This document shows, piece by piece, positions 1 through 9,429 of a stretch of 64,000 nt of DNA; the stretch's first letter is position 1, and every line of letters begins with the position of its first letter. Below the pieces are notes generated by a model. The model did no database searches. It saw only the letters and a program-made list of their open reading frames with translations, and was not told the origin of the DNA. A program made the translations under genes and the position numbers. Origin of the DNA: an uncultured Chthonomonadaceae bacterium (GTDB lineage: Bacteria; Armatimonadota; Chthonomonadetes; Chthonomonadales; Chthonomonadaceae); the NCBI GenBank assembly GCA_963817895.1, contig CAWFQB010000001.1, forward strand, positions 1,440,001 through 1,504,000. Reading direction: 5' to 3'.

Positions 1-126
1 CTTTTCCCCCGCGATAATATCCACAGGGTCAGAGGGCGTCAATCGAGCCGACCAGAAGACCACCGCGAGGATAACCAGCAGCGTGGGAACGGCAAGCGCG
101 AGGCGTTTTAGAATGAAGAGGAGCAT
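1..126 (-). CDS. Peptide ABC transporter permease (OppB/DppB family), N-terminal part, runs off the window edge
   Basis: Manual translation MLLFILKRLALAVPTLLVILAVVFWSARLTPSDPVDIIAGEK matches the typical OppB N-terminus; starts 4 nt after the substrate-binding gene. Confidence 0.85.
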   Translation of the reverse strand, partial: MLLFILKRLALAVPTLLVILAVVFWSARLTPSDPVDIIAGEK

Positions 127-130
127 AGCG

Positions 131-1873
131 CTACTGCACCGTCGTCGTGATATACGGCAGGTGTCCGAACAGGCTGTCGCGGACGTGCTGGACACGCGGC
201 TTGACGAGTTCGAGGTCGCGCTGGAAATACAGGGGAACCCAGGGCGAGTCGTCTATGGCGATCTGCTCGGCCTGCTGATACAGGCTCATGCGTTTGGCGT
301 GATCGTGTTCCCCGTCCGCTTTGTCGCACAGGGCATCGAATTGCGGGTTGCTGTAGCCGACGCCGTTCTCCTCGTGGTCTTCCTTGCCGTTCACTTTTTT
401 ACTGGTGTGCAGCAGCAGGGACAAGTAGTTTTGCGGATCGGCGTAGTCCGCGCCCCAACGCAAATGGGAAAGCGGCATGGTTTTGGCTGTGCGCTCTTTC
501 AGGAAGTCGGGCCAGGGCATCGGCTGCGGCTGCGTGTCAATATTCAGGTTGTCCTTCAACTGTTGCGCGATCACTTCCGACGTGCTTTGCACCTGCGGCA
601 TGTCGTTGCGGAACGTGAGCGGCATTTTGGGGAAGCCCTTGCCGTCCGGGTAGCCGGCCTGCGCGAGCAGTTTTTTCGCCAGCGCGACATCGAATGTCAG
701 CGGTTTGCAGGTGGAAACGTAATCCCCCATGTGCGGCGGCACAATGCCGGTCGCAATGTCCGCCTGTCCTTTCAGCGCGACACGAACCACTGCTTCCGGG
801 TCAATGGCGTGGGCGAACGCCTGCCGCACTTCCTTCTTCTTGAAGGGCGAGTCCGCGCTTTCCTGATTCAGAGCGACGTACCACGTCGCGGCGCGGGGAA
901 ACGTTTTCAGGTCGTTTTTCAGGCTCGCGTCGCCATTGATATGGTCGAGGTCGCGGGCGGACACGTCTACAATATCTAGTTCCCCGGCCTCGTAGCTGTT
1001 CAGCCGGGTTGCGCCCTCCGTCATAATCGGGCGAAAAATGCCGTCCAGTTTGGGCTTGCCCGCATAGTAATTGGGGTTGGCGTCGAGGGTGACGGACGTG
1101 CCTTTCGCGTAGCTTTTGAACTGGAAGGGGCCGGTTCCGATGCCCGAAGTTTCGTCCACCTTGCCGCCGGTTTTCTCAATCTCTTCTTTACACACGGCAA
1201 ACGCGCAGGGATACGTCATGTTCCCCATCCAGTAGGGTTTGAAACTGGTGAGCGTAATTTGCAGCGTGTATGGGTCTACCACCTTTACGCCGTCAATGGG
1301 CGGGGGCGTTCCGGTCCCGGTTTTGAAATTCAGCCGCTCTTTCGCGCCCTTGATGTCGCCCAGATAACTTGGGGCGGTGGGGGAGGCAAGAGTGGGGTCA
1401 CACGCGCGCTCGAAACTGTATTTGAAATCGTTCGCCGTCACTTCGCGCCCGTTCTTCTGGAACTTCACGCCATGCCGCAGATGAAACGTGTAGGTCACGC
1501 CGTCCGGTCCGAGTTCCCATTTTTCCGCCAGTGAGGGCGCGATGTTGTTCTGCTCGTCCCAGCGCACCAGACCCTCGAACACGTTTTGCAGCAGGTCAAT
1601 CGTGGTTCCGTCCTCCACTTTGGCCGGGTCCAGCGTGGTCGGTTCGGAAATCAGCGGGTAGCGCAGAACGTTGCCCGTCGGGCCGCTGCCTGCGCCCGAC
1701 TTCGCGCCGGACGCGCCATCGGCGCTGACATGTAAACTGTCCTGCTGCTTGCCCGTTGAACACCCGGCAGTCAGCATCAGCCCGATTCCCGCCGCTGCCA
1801 TACGCGCCCACGTTGCCCGAACCCGGCGCGGCTGTTTCATGCTATCCAAAAAGGGGAAAACCGTTCCCTTCAC
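131..1873 (-). CDS. Peptide ABC transporter substrate-binding lipoprotein (SBP family 5, OppA/DppA-like)
   Basis: Lipobox LTAGC; motifs EPTTLDP, FEGLV, SLAEKWE, YTFHLR, GTGPF, WGADYADP. Confidence 0.93.
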   Translation of the reverse strand: MKGTVFPFLDSMKQPRRVRATWARMAAAGIGLMLTAGCSTGKQQDSLHVSADGASGAKSGAGSGPTGNVLRYPLISEPTTLDPAKVEDGTTIDLLQNVFEGLVRWDEQNNIAPSLAEKWELGPDGVTYTFHLRHGVKFQKNGREVTANDFKYSFERACDPTLASPTAPSYLGDIKGAKERLNFKTGTGTPPPIDGVKVVDPYTLQITLTSFKPYWMGNMTYPCAFAVCKEEIEKTGGKVDETSGIGTGPFQFKSYAKGTSVTLDANPNYYAGKPKLDGIFRPIMTEGATRLNSYEAGELDIVDVSARDLDHINGDASLKNDLKTFPRAATWYVALNQESADSPFKKKEVRQAFAHAIDPEAVVRVALKGQADIATGIVPPHMGDYVSTCKPLTFDVALAKKLLAQAGYPDGKGFPKMPLTFRNDMPQVQSTSEVIAQQLKDNLNIDTQPQPMPWPDFLKERTAKTMPLSHLRWGADYADPQNYLSLLLHTSKKVNGKEDHEENGVGYSNPQFDALCDKADGEHDHAKRMSLYQQAEQIAIDDSPWVPLYFQRDLELVKPRVQHVRDSLFGHLPYITTTVQ

Positions 1874-2009
1874 GTTGTACTCTCCTTAACCGTTCTGACA
1901 AAAGTTGCATGGTTGTCTAATCGCGTTCTATTGTACCCAAGACGGCTGAATTCCTGCTTGGTCACAAGTTTGCAACTCCAATGCGAACGCGTCTAAAATC
2001 GCTGAAATT

Positions 2010-2042
2010 CTTAACACTGTCTTAATAATGCGCTGGTACACT
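2010..2042 (+). promoter_or_regulatory. Putative Pho-box-like direct repeat plus extended -10 promoter of the DUF47-pit-phoU operon
   Basis: CTTAACA (2010) and CTTAATA (2021) with 11-bp period, followed by TGgTACACT (2034-2042). Confidence 0.45.
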
Positions 2043-2108
2043 GTTTTTGAAAGCAGATGTGAGGTATTGCAGTTGACGGGAGTTGGGTTCTGGCGCGGGG
2101 CTTGTGTC

Positions 2109-2139
2109 TTACCCCTTACCCCTTACCCCTTATCCCTTA
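2109..2139 (+). repeat. Tandem heptamer (TTACCCC)n
   Basis: ttacccc ttacccc ttacccc ttatccc tta, seen directly. Confidence 0.9.
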
Positions 2140-2156
2140 ATATGGGAGGATATTGC

Positions 2157-2783
2157 ATGGCAGCCCTGTTCGGAAAAGATTTGACGTTTTATACTCTGCT
2201 GGAAGAGCAGGCGAACGCGGCGGTTTCCATTGCCCGAATGTTCCAGAGTCTGTGCGCCGACCTGGGGCAGGCCGCGCAGTATGCGGAAAAGGCCGAGAAA
2301 ATCGAAAACGACGCGGACGGTGTGGGGCGGCAACTGCTGGCGAAGGTGGATTCGACGTTCGTGACGCCGATGGACAAGGAAGACTTGCACGCGCTTTCCA
2401 CCGCGATTGAGGATATTACGGACAACATCGAAGCGGCCATTGCCCGCGTGTCTCTATTCCGCCTGACGCCCATCAACGAGGGGCTGCCAATTATGGTGAA
2501 TTTACTGGTGGACGCGACGGAAGCCATTCGCGATGCTATCGGCAACCTGCGCGCGCTCCACAGCCGCGATACCATACAGGCCAATCTGGACCGTATTCAC
2601 GGCATCATTAACGACAGTGACAAGCAATTTCGGCAGGCGCTTGCGAACCTGTTCAACATGCCCAACCCGGATCCCATTCTGACGCAAAAATGGAACCAGG
2701 TATACGACCGTGTAGAGGAGGCGGTGGATAAGTGTGAAATCACTGCCGACATCATAGGAAGCGTGGTGATCAAGTATGCATAA
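2157..2783 (+). CDS. DUF47 family phosphate transport regulator (Pit accessory protein)
   Basis: IENDAD and STFVTPMDKEDL motifs; RBS GGAGG before ATG 2157; overlaps the pit start. Confidence 0.9.
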   Translation: MAALFGKDLTFYTLLEEQANAAVSIARMFQSLCADLGQAAQYAEKAEKIENDADGVGRQLLAKVDSTFVTPMDKEDLHALSTAIEDITDNIEAAIARVSLFRLTPINEGLPIMVNLLVDATEAIRDAIGNLRALHSRDTIQANLDRIHGIINDSDKQFRQALANLFNMPNPDPILTQKWNQVYDRVEEAVDKCEITADIIGSVVIKYA

Positions 2784-3810
2784 CTTTACGCTCCTGTTGA
2801 TTCTGATCGTCATTTTCGCTCTCGCTTTTGACTTCATCAACGGCTTTCACGACACGGCCAACGCCATCGCAACCGTTGTCGCCACCCGCGTTCTGACGCC
2901 CCGCGTCGCCATCATAATGGCGGCCACCCTGAACTTTCTCGGCGCGATCAATTCCACAGGCGTCGCCAAAGCGATTTCCAGCGGCCTGGTTCGGGAAGCC
3001 AGTCTGACAATGGTGCTGGCGGCTCTGATCGGCGCAATTACCTGGAACCTGATCACCTGGTTTTTCGGTATTCCAAGCAGTTCCTCCCACGCTTTATTCG
3101 GTGGGCTGGTGGGCGCGGCATTGGCGCATAAGGGCTTCGGAATTATCATCTGGAGTGAGATAGATGCCAAAGGGCAGCATGTCGGCCTGCTGTGGAAAGT
3201 ATTTATACCGCTGTTCACATCGCCCCTGGTAGGTTTTATCATCGCGTTTACGGTGATGAAGGTGATTTACACGCTGTTCGCAACCATGCACCCGCGCAAA
3301 GTGGGGCGCGTGTTCCGCGTTCTGCAAATGTGTTCCGCAGCGGCCATGTCGTTCATGCACGGCAGCAACGACGCGCAGAAGAGCATGGGAATTATCACGC
3401 TGGCGCTGGTCACGCAGCATGTCCTTGTCGCCAAACCCGGCGGCGCGGAAATACCCCGCGAAGTGATTCTAATGTGCGCTATAGCGATGGCGCTCGGCAC
3501 GTCGGCGGGCGGCTGGCGCATCATGGGAACGCTGGGACACAAAATCATTCGACTCGAACCGGTACACGGCTTCGTGGCGGAAACCGCGTCGGCAATCACG
3601 ATTTACATTGCGGACATGTTTCATTCGCCGGTCAGCACCACGCACGTCATTTCGGGCAGCATCTTCGGCGTGGGAGCCGCAACGCGCCTGCGGGCGGTGA
3701 AGTGGGGCGTGGCGCAGCGCATGGGCATCGCCTGGCTGCTGACGATCCCCTCTGCGGGACTGGTGGCCGCGCTGGCCTATTTCATTCTGAATGGTCTGGG
3801 CGTAAAATAG
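2776..3810 (+). CDS. pit: Inorganic phosphate transporter, PiT family
   Basis: Signatures NGFHDTANAIAT, PSSSSHA, HGSNDAQKSMG, PVSTTH. Confidence 0.95.
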   Translation: MHNFTLLLILIVIFALAFDFINGFHDTANAIATVVATRVLTPRVAIIMAATLNFLGAINSTGVAKAISSGLVREASLTMVLAALIGAITWNLITWFFGIPSSSSHALFGGLVGAALAHKGFGIIIWSEIDAKGQHVGLLWKVFIPLFTSPLVGFIIAFTVMKVIYTLFATMHPRKVGRVFRVLQMCSAAAMSFMHGSNDAQKSMGIITLALVTQHVLVAKPGGAEIPREVILMCAIAMALGTSAGGWRIMGTLGHKIIRLEPVHGFVAETASAITIYIADMFHSPVSTTHVISGSIFGVGAATRLRAVKWGVAQRMGIAWLLTIPSAGLVAALAYFILNGLGVK

Positions 3811-3868
3811 CGTTCCTGTTCCCGTAAATATATTCATAGATTGATTCGGCACGGCAAGAAAGACGATT

Positions 3869-4564
3869 ATGACGACAACGGAAGCGCCATTCAAGGGAGA
3901 AATCGGTCGGCTCCAGGATCGCATATTGGAAATGGCGACATGCGCCGATCATATGGTCGCGCTCGCCATCGAATCCCTGATTACCGGCAATCTCGCGCTG
4001 GTGAAAGAGGTGTTGAAACGCGACGATACGGTTGACCGGCTTGATCTGGACATTGAGCGGCAATGCCTGACCATTATCGCCACGCGCTCACTCGCGGATC
4101 GCGACCTGCGCATCATCGGAACCGCGCTGAAAATCAGCACGGACATCGAGCGCATCGGGGATTATGCGGTAGACATCGCCAAAATCGGGCGGCGTATCGT
4201 AAAAGCGCAGGACATGTACCGTCCCCTCGTGGATTTGCCCCGACTGGCCCAACTCAGCCGCAACATGCTGCACGACGCCCTCCGCGCCTTCATTGATCAG
4301 GATTTGGTTCTGGTGGAACAGGTAATCGCTGCCGATGACGCCGTAGACAAGCTGTACCATCAGATACGCAACACCCTCACCCACACGCTGACGCAGGAAC
4401 CCGCGCGCGGATTGGTGGCGCTGAACGTGATGTTTGCCGCCAAGTACCTGGAGCGCATCAGCGATCACGTCGTCAACATCGCCGAGCGCGTCAACTTCAT
4501 CGAAACGGGCTGCCTGCCCCACATGGATATGAACGACCTGCTGCAAAAGGACGAGGATGTATAA
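3869..4564 (+). CDS. phoU: Phosphate signalling protein PhoU
   Basis: Two PhoU repeats: DIERIGDYAVDIA and LERISDHVVNIAE. Confidence 0.95.
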   Translation: MTTTEAPFKGEIGRLQDRILEMATCADHMVALAIESLITGNLALVKEVLKRDDTVDRLDLDIERQCLTIIATRSLADRDLRIIGTALKISTDIERIGDYAVDIAKIGRRIVKAQDMYRPLVDLPRLAQLSRNMLHDALRAFIDQDLVLVEQVIAADDAVDKLYHQIRNTLTHTLTQEPARGLVALNVMFAAKYLERISDHVVNIAERVNFIETGCLPHMDMNDLLQKDEDV

Positions 4565-4644
4565 TCCCAGGCACAGCAATTAATCGCGATACCACCATTG
4601 ACTTCATTCTTGACCTGGCGGGGCCGCTTTCGCCGTTTGTCTCC

Positions 4645-5205
4645 TTGCAGCAGCTTGACGACTATCGCGAAGGCTGGATTGCGCAGGCTTTGTTGCCGCA
4701 TCTGGATATTCTGCTGGATATTGTTCTGCATCCCCCGGACTTGAGTCGCTACTCAGAGAGTGACCAAAATGATTTTCATTACGAACTGCAAACTTTGCTG
4801 GCAGACCTGGCAAGGCGGGAACCGGCAGTGACAATCCCTAAACTAACCCCTCTCATCAAAGCAGCGCCGCTCAAAACGCCAATCATCTACGCGCTTGCCG
4901 ATGTCGCCAGTTTCGAAAGTTACCGGATGCGCGGCAAGAATAGAGAGTGGAAGAGTTCGGCAGACACGTCCCTGATAGACCTGGCAATCACAGCTTTGTG
5001 GTCGCTGCATAATGAGGCAGACCAACTCTCCAATGACGAAGTAGTGTGGTGGGCGGAGGGGCTTTGCGCTATCGGCGGACCAACAAAACCCCTTGTGCTG
5101 CAACTCTACCGGGAACTGCCCGCGAGTAGGGCAGACGCGCGGCAAGAGATAGAGATATACCTTGATCCCAACACGGAAGAATGGAAGCCGATCAATCAGG
5201 GCTAA
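4645..5205 (+). CDS. Hypothetical helical protein (start uncertain)
   Basis: 186-aa ORF with protein-like composition; no family recognised. Confidence 0.55.
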   Translation: MQQLDDYREGWIAQALLPHLDILLDIVLHPPDLSRYSESDQNDFHYELQTLLADLARREPAVTIPKLTPLIKAAPLKTPIIYALADVASFESYRMRGKNREWKSSADTSLIDLAITALWSLHNEADQLSNDEVVWWAEGLCAIGGPTKPLVLQLYRELPASRADARQEIEIYLDPNTEEWKPINQG

Positions 5206-5477
5206 ACCGAATGTGGCTTTTGACGGTATGTTTATTTCGCAAGCGGGCAGACGGTTACAAAGACGGTTTGCAGGTCGTCCGTAAGCAGGAAAGGATAACT
5301 GCTCTGCTGAGACTAAAAAGAGTTATGTGAAAGGAACGGAAGAACATGGCATGAACCGGTAGTGTTGTCAGGAAGATGACACGCCAAAAGGAATTCATGC
5401 CCATGCGTTACCCGAAGTCTGTGATGGTTGTCGAATTGCTGATTATCGCGGCCCTCTTCGCCCCGTATCTGCGCCAA

Positions 5478-5506
5478 TTGACTTGCGAACCGCAGAAAGG
5501 TACAAT
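5478..5506 (+). promoter_or_regulatory. Sigma70-type promoter of mrp
   Basis: TTGACT-N17-TACAAT, followed by RBS AGGAG before ATG 5527. Confidence 0.7.
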
Positions 5507-5526
5507 GGACACAAGGAGAGAAGACA

Positions 5527-6609
5527 ATGGCGGAAGTAATCGCAGACATAACAGAACAGCAGGTACTAGAGGCGTTGCGGGTCGTGGAAGACCCGGACTT
5601 GCATCGGGACATCGTAACGCTTGGCTTCGTGAAAGACATCAAAATCTGTGACGGCAATGTAGCCTTCAAGGTGGAACTGACCACGCCCGCGTGTCCCGTA
5701 AAAGATTTGCTGAAAATGCAGGCGCATGACGCGGTAGCGAAACTTCCGGGCGTTACGCTCGTCACTGTAGAAATGACGGCGCAGGTGCGCGGGCAGAAGA
5801 ACGTCGGTCAGGCGTTGATACCCGGCGTCCGGCATGTGATCGCGGTCGCGAGCGGCAAGGGCGGCGTGGGCAAAAGCACGGTCGCCGTGAATCTGGCGGT
5901 CGCGCTGGCGCAGATGGGCGCGAAAGTGGGCCTGATGGACGCGGACATTTACGGCCCGTCCCTGCCCCTGATGATGGGCGTGGACAAAAAACCCCTGCTG
6001 AAAGAGACGCCGGAAGGCCCCAAAATGGTTCCGGTTGCCTGTCACGGCGTGCTGATGATCTCGCTCGGCTTTCTGCTGGACCCGGACAAGGCCGTTATCT
6101 GGCGCGGGCCGATGGTGGCGGGAACCGTGCGGCAGTTGCTCGGTGACGTGTTGTGGGGCGAACAGGATTACCTGATTGTGGATTTGCCGCCGGGAACGGG
6201 TGACGCGCCCCTGACACTCGCGCAGCAGGTTCCGATTTCGGGCGTGGTCGTGGTAATGACGCCGCAGCACGTCGCGCAGGAGATCGCCAACAAGAGTATT
6301 CAGATGTTCCGAACCGTCGGGCAGGGACAAAATCGCGCGATTCCCATTCTGGGCGTTGTGGAGAATATGAGCGGCGGCGTGTTCGGCAGCGGCGGGGGCG
6401 AACGGGCGGCGCAGAAATTGAACGTGCCGTTTCTGGGCCGCGTTCCGCTGGACGGCGCGATTTCGGATGCGGGGGACGCCGGTGTTCCCGCTCTGCTCGC
6501 CCTGCCCGGTTCTGCGTATGCCGACGCTTTCCGCGACATCGCCAAAACCCTCGCCGCGCAGGTCAGCATCCTGCAATACGCGCGGGAACAGAGCGAACCC
6601 GGAACGTAG
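5527..6609 (+). CDS. mrp: Mrp/NBP35 Fe-S cluster carrier ATPase
   Basis: N-terminal FeS-assembly domain (DPDL...LTTPACP), SGKGGVGKST, DADIYGPS, WRGPM, DLPPGTGD. Confidence 0.95.
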   Translation: MAEVIADITEQQVLEALRVVEDPDLHRDIVTLGFVKDIKICDGNVAFKVELTTPACPVKDLLKMQAHDAVAKLPGVTLVTVEMTAQVRGQKNVGQALIPGVRHVIAVASGKGGVGKSTVAVNLAVALAQMGAKVGLMDADIYGPSLPLMMGVDKKPLLKETPEGPKMVPVACHGVLMISLGFLLDPDKAVIWRGPMVAGTVRQLLGDVLWGEQDYLIVDLPPGTGDAPLTLAQQVPISGVVVVMTPQHVAQEIANKSIQMFRTVGQGQNRAIPILGVVENMSGGVFGSGGGERAAQKLNVPFLGRVPLDGAISDAGDAGVPALLALPGSAYADAFRDIAKTLAAQVSILQYAREQSEPGT

Positions 6610-6632
6610 TTGGAAACCAAAAGGACATAGAA

Positions 6633-7010
6633 ATGCAGCTACCAGCCTCTTCGGGCAAAAAATGTTCGCAGTGCAACGCGCCTGCGGAACTCGACGCCCT
6701 CCTGTGCGATACGTGCGGCAGAGTGTTCCCCATGCAGTCGGCGTCCGCGCCGATGATGCCGCCCCCCTCCGTGACCGTCGCGCGGGCGCGGGTTTCTCCC
6801 GCCCGCCAGATGTTTGCAGGGAGTGTCTTTATCCTTGCCGGAATTGGGGCGGCGTTCGGCTTTCATACATGGTACGCCAGTCAGGACGAAGACCGCGCCC
6901 GCTCGACGCAAAGCAAACAGCCCCCACCCAAAACGATTGTCGCGGGACACGCCCTGCCGTCCACCACTCCCAACCCGCAATTCTATCACGCCGCAACCCA
7001 TCATAATTAG
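6633..7010 (+). CDS. Hypothetical zinc-ribbon membrane protein
   Basis: CSQC...CDTC at the N-terminus and one hydrophobic segment. Confidence 0.65.
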   Translation: MQLPASSGKKCSQCNAPAELDALLCDTCGRVFPMQSASAPMMPPPSVTVARARVSPARQMFAGSVFILAGIGAAFGFHTWYASQDEDRARSTQSKQPPPKTIVAGHALPSTTPNPQFYHAATHHN

Positions 7011-7083
7011 CGAAACCACAGAGTAACAGCAAGTCGAACAAGGCTTTTCCTGGTGGCTAACAACCTGATGACCTGACAACTAA

Positions 7084-7185
7084 TAGCCTGTCCCAATAGG
7101 CCGGGTACAGAGAACGTACCCGTCTGAGTGGCCTGCGGCCAAGCGTCCTTCGGACGCAAATGCAATCGCCTATTGGGATAGGCTC
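7084..7185. mobile_element. MITE-like palindromic element (~102 bp)
   Basis: 17-bp terminal inverted repeats AGCCTGTCCCAATAGGC / GCCTATTGGGATAGGCT (1 mismatch), three internal hairpins, flanked on both sides by TAA. Confidence 0.6.
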
Positions 7186-7344
7186 TAACAACCTTCCTCC
7201 CCTTCCTCCCTAACTCCCGCATTGCTGCGAGTGAGACTCTTGGCCGACTTCTGGCACAATAGAAGTATGCTTCCTGCCGCTGCGGGAGGAACCTGATACC
7301 GGTTCCTCCCGCAGCGCCCGGGAGCGCGGAAAGGAGGAAATCAC

Positions 7345-7608
7345 ATGTCTGTTCGCATAGATGCGTCGGGCGCGGCGCAGGCCATCACGCGCGCCGCTTA
7401 CGACAACAACCGCTCTCGATCCGACGCGCCACCCGCGTCCGAGTCGAAACCTGTGGCCCTCACGCCGGAACGCGCCGCCGACCTGACGCGGCAGTTGGAA
7501 AATCGTCTCAACACGGATATTGCGCGTATCCGGCAGCGCGTGGATACCCCGGACGCGGCCTCGTCCCCCTCCAAAAGCGCAGGCCGTGTTCTGGATATTC
7601 GCGCCTGA
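7345..7608 (+). CDS. Small hypothetical protein
   Basis: Strong RBS AAGGAGG and an upstream TGgCACAAT -10-like box. Confidence 0.7.
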   Translation: MSVRIDASGAAQAITRAAYDNNRSRSDAPPASESKPVALTPERAADLTRQLENRLNTDIARIRQRVDTPDAASSPSKSAGRVLDIRA

Positions 7609-7610
7609 AT

Positions 7611-9176
7611 TCATTTCAGGAGAAACGCCAGCAGTTGCGCCAACCGCTGTGTCGTATGCGCGTCGCCGGGGCGCAGTTTCAGCGCGCCCACGCCCGCCGC
7701 GCCGAACGGATGTTCCTGTGAGGCGACAGGATACGCATACACTTCTGAGGAAGCCGCCGCTTCACCGGGAACCGGGCCGGGAAACAGACACCATGCGGCT
7801 TCTACGGGCGACACAGCAAAGCGGGTCTGCGTACCGCGCCGCGCGATGGCGTCCCGGTACGCATGCATTTTGTTCACATCCTCCTGCGCGTCCGCCATCT
7901 GCGCATACGGCCTGAATTTGGGGTCCAGAATGTACAGCCGCCCATCCCGATGCAGAACCATATCCGGCTGCATGGCATGGGAGCGCGAACCAAACGCGAA
8001 CCCGTCCCCTTCTCCCTCCGAATGCGCCGCCTGCTGATTGGCGCTGGAAAACAGAGGCTGGTAGTAAAGGGAGACAAAGGATGAAGGATGAAGGATGAGG
8101 GATGAGTTTTTAGTTGAGAGTTGAGAGTTGAGAGTTGATAGGAACTCCTTTTCTCGTATCTCTCCTTTTCTCCTTTTCTCCTTTTCTCCTTTTCTGTTTT
8201 CTGTCTTCTCAAAGTCAAGCCGGGAGGCGCGGCCGGTGGCGGGGACGAGGCGCAGGCCGCGCGGGGTGGCTTGCAGCAGATTTCCGCGCTTCAGTTTCCA
8301 GCCGGCTTGATGCAGCGCAACAGCGGTTTGCAGCAGGCACCAGATTTCATAGAGATGCCAGGGTTCCAGGGCAGGCAGGGTGAGCAGGGAACTGTGTGTC
8401 CAGTCGAAATCCAGCGGGCAGGCCGACTGCCGCCACGCGCTGTAAAGCGTTTGATATGGTACCGCACAGCGCGGTATCCTGTCGGCGCAGAGTTCGGGCG
8501 CGGCTTCGCGGCTTGAAAGCGGAGGACACTCGCGCAGCGCGGGATGGGAGCGCAAACTTCGCGCGGTTTTTGCCAGTCGCAGGGCCATTTCCGCTTCGGG
8601 CGCAGCGTCGCAAAACGCCGCCAGCCGCGCCAGTTCGGCAGCTTCGCGGGCAAAATCGGTCAAAATACGCGCGGACAGGCGATTGGCCCACGTATTCGCG
8701 GACAGCGCGGGACGGGATTCCAGTACGGCGGTATCACTCAAAGGCGCGACACTATCGGCTTGAAAGCGTTGCCAGGCGGCGGCCAATCGCGGCGAGCGGG
8801 CCACCACATTCGCCGTCTTCGGACCGCCCCGCGCCTGCGCCAATCGTATCGGTTGCGCCTCGTCAATCAGCCGCGTATCCGTTCCGCGCAAAATCGCCGC
8901 AAGCGCGGGCTGCATCTCCTGCCACAGCGCGGACAGCAGATGCAGGCGTTCCAGTGGCGAGGTTATCGCGCGGGCGCGCGGACGGCGGACAGGGGATGCG
9001 GCAATCGTTTCCGCTTTCGGAAATGACTCCGCTTCCCTGATTTCCCCGGAAGACTGGCCGAGTACAAACGCGATGCGCCCGATGTCTTCCAGCAGCGCGC
9101 GCCGCTCCCAGGCTGTCAGCCGCGCCCCCTCTTCGCGTTCTCCGATTAATCCTGCCATTTGCGGCGTTTCAGGCAT
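7611..9176 (-). CDS. DUF2357 / PD-(D/E)XK nuclease-domain protein (McrC-like), with an in-frame tandem-repeat insertion
   Basis: Motifs LYEIWCL, PDMVL...ILDPKFR, KMHAYRDAI; start placed at MPETPQ (9176). Confidence 0.8.
   Translation of the reverse strand: MPETPQMAGLIGEREEGARLTAWERRALLEDIGRIAFVLGQSSGEIREAESFPKAETIAASPVRRPRARAITSPLERLHLLSALWQEMQPALAAILRGTDTRLIDEAQPIRLAQARGGPKTANVVARSPRLAAAWQRFQADSVAPLSDTAVLESRPALSANTWANRLSARILTDFAREAAELARLAAFCDAAPEAEMALRLAKTARSLRSHPALRECPPLSSREAAPELCADRIPRCAVPYQTLYSAWRQSACPLDFDWTHSSLLTLPALEPWHLYEIWCLLQTAVALHQAGWKLKRGNLLQATPRGLRLVPATGRASRLDFEKTENRKGEKEKRRKGEIREKEFLSTLNSQLSTKNSSLILHPSSFVSLYYQPLFSSANQQAAHSEGEGDGFAFGSRSHAMQPDMVLHRDGRLYILDPKFRPYAQMADAQEDVNKMHAYRDAIARRGTQTRFAVSPVEAAWCLFPGPVPGEAAASSEVYAYPVASQEHPFGAAGVGALKLRPGDAHTTQRLAQLLAFLLK
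8077..8208. repeat. Composite tandem-repeat block (AAGGATG)n, (GTTGAGA)n, (TTTTCTCC)n inside a CDS
   Basis: Seen directly; encodes the low-complexity segment ENRKGEKEKRRKGE...LSTLNSQLST...LILHPSSF. Confidence 0.9.
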
Positions 9177-9429
9177 CCCGACGACTCTCCTGTTTCGGTT
9201 CTTTTCCCATTCTATCAATATACCGGCAAATTTCGCGTATTTTCTTTGCAAAAAGAGGAACATGTGGGCGCGGCATACAATCATACCGAAATAATCTGAC
9301 AGACATTACTGACCGATGATATAGTCAGCGATTCTTGAGCGCGTACTATAATTTACCCTACCTCAAGCGCAGCAGGTTTGTAGTCAATTAGGCATATATG
9401 CCGTTAGATTGGAGAGTGGAGAGTACGTG

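Noticed and set aside
7102..7160. Hammerhead ribozyme within the palindromic element
   Set aside because: CTGAGTG and GCAAA only loosely resemble the CUGAnGA and GAAA cores, and the stem order does not fit.
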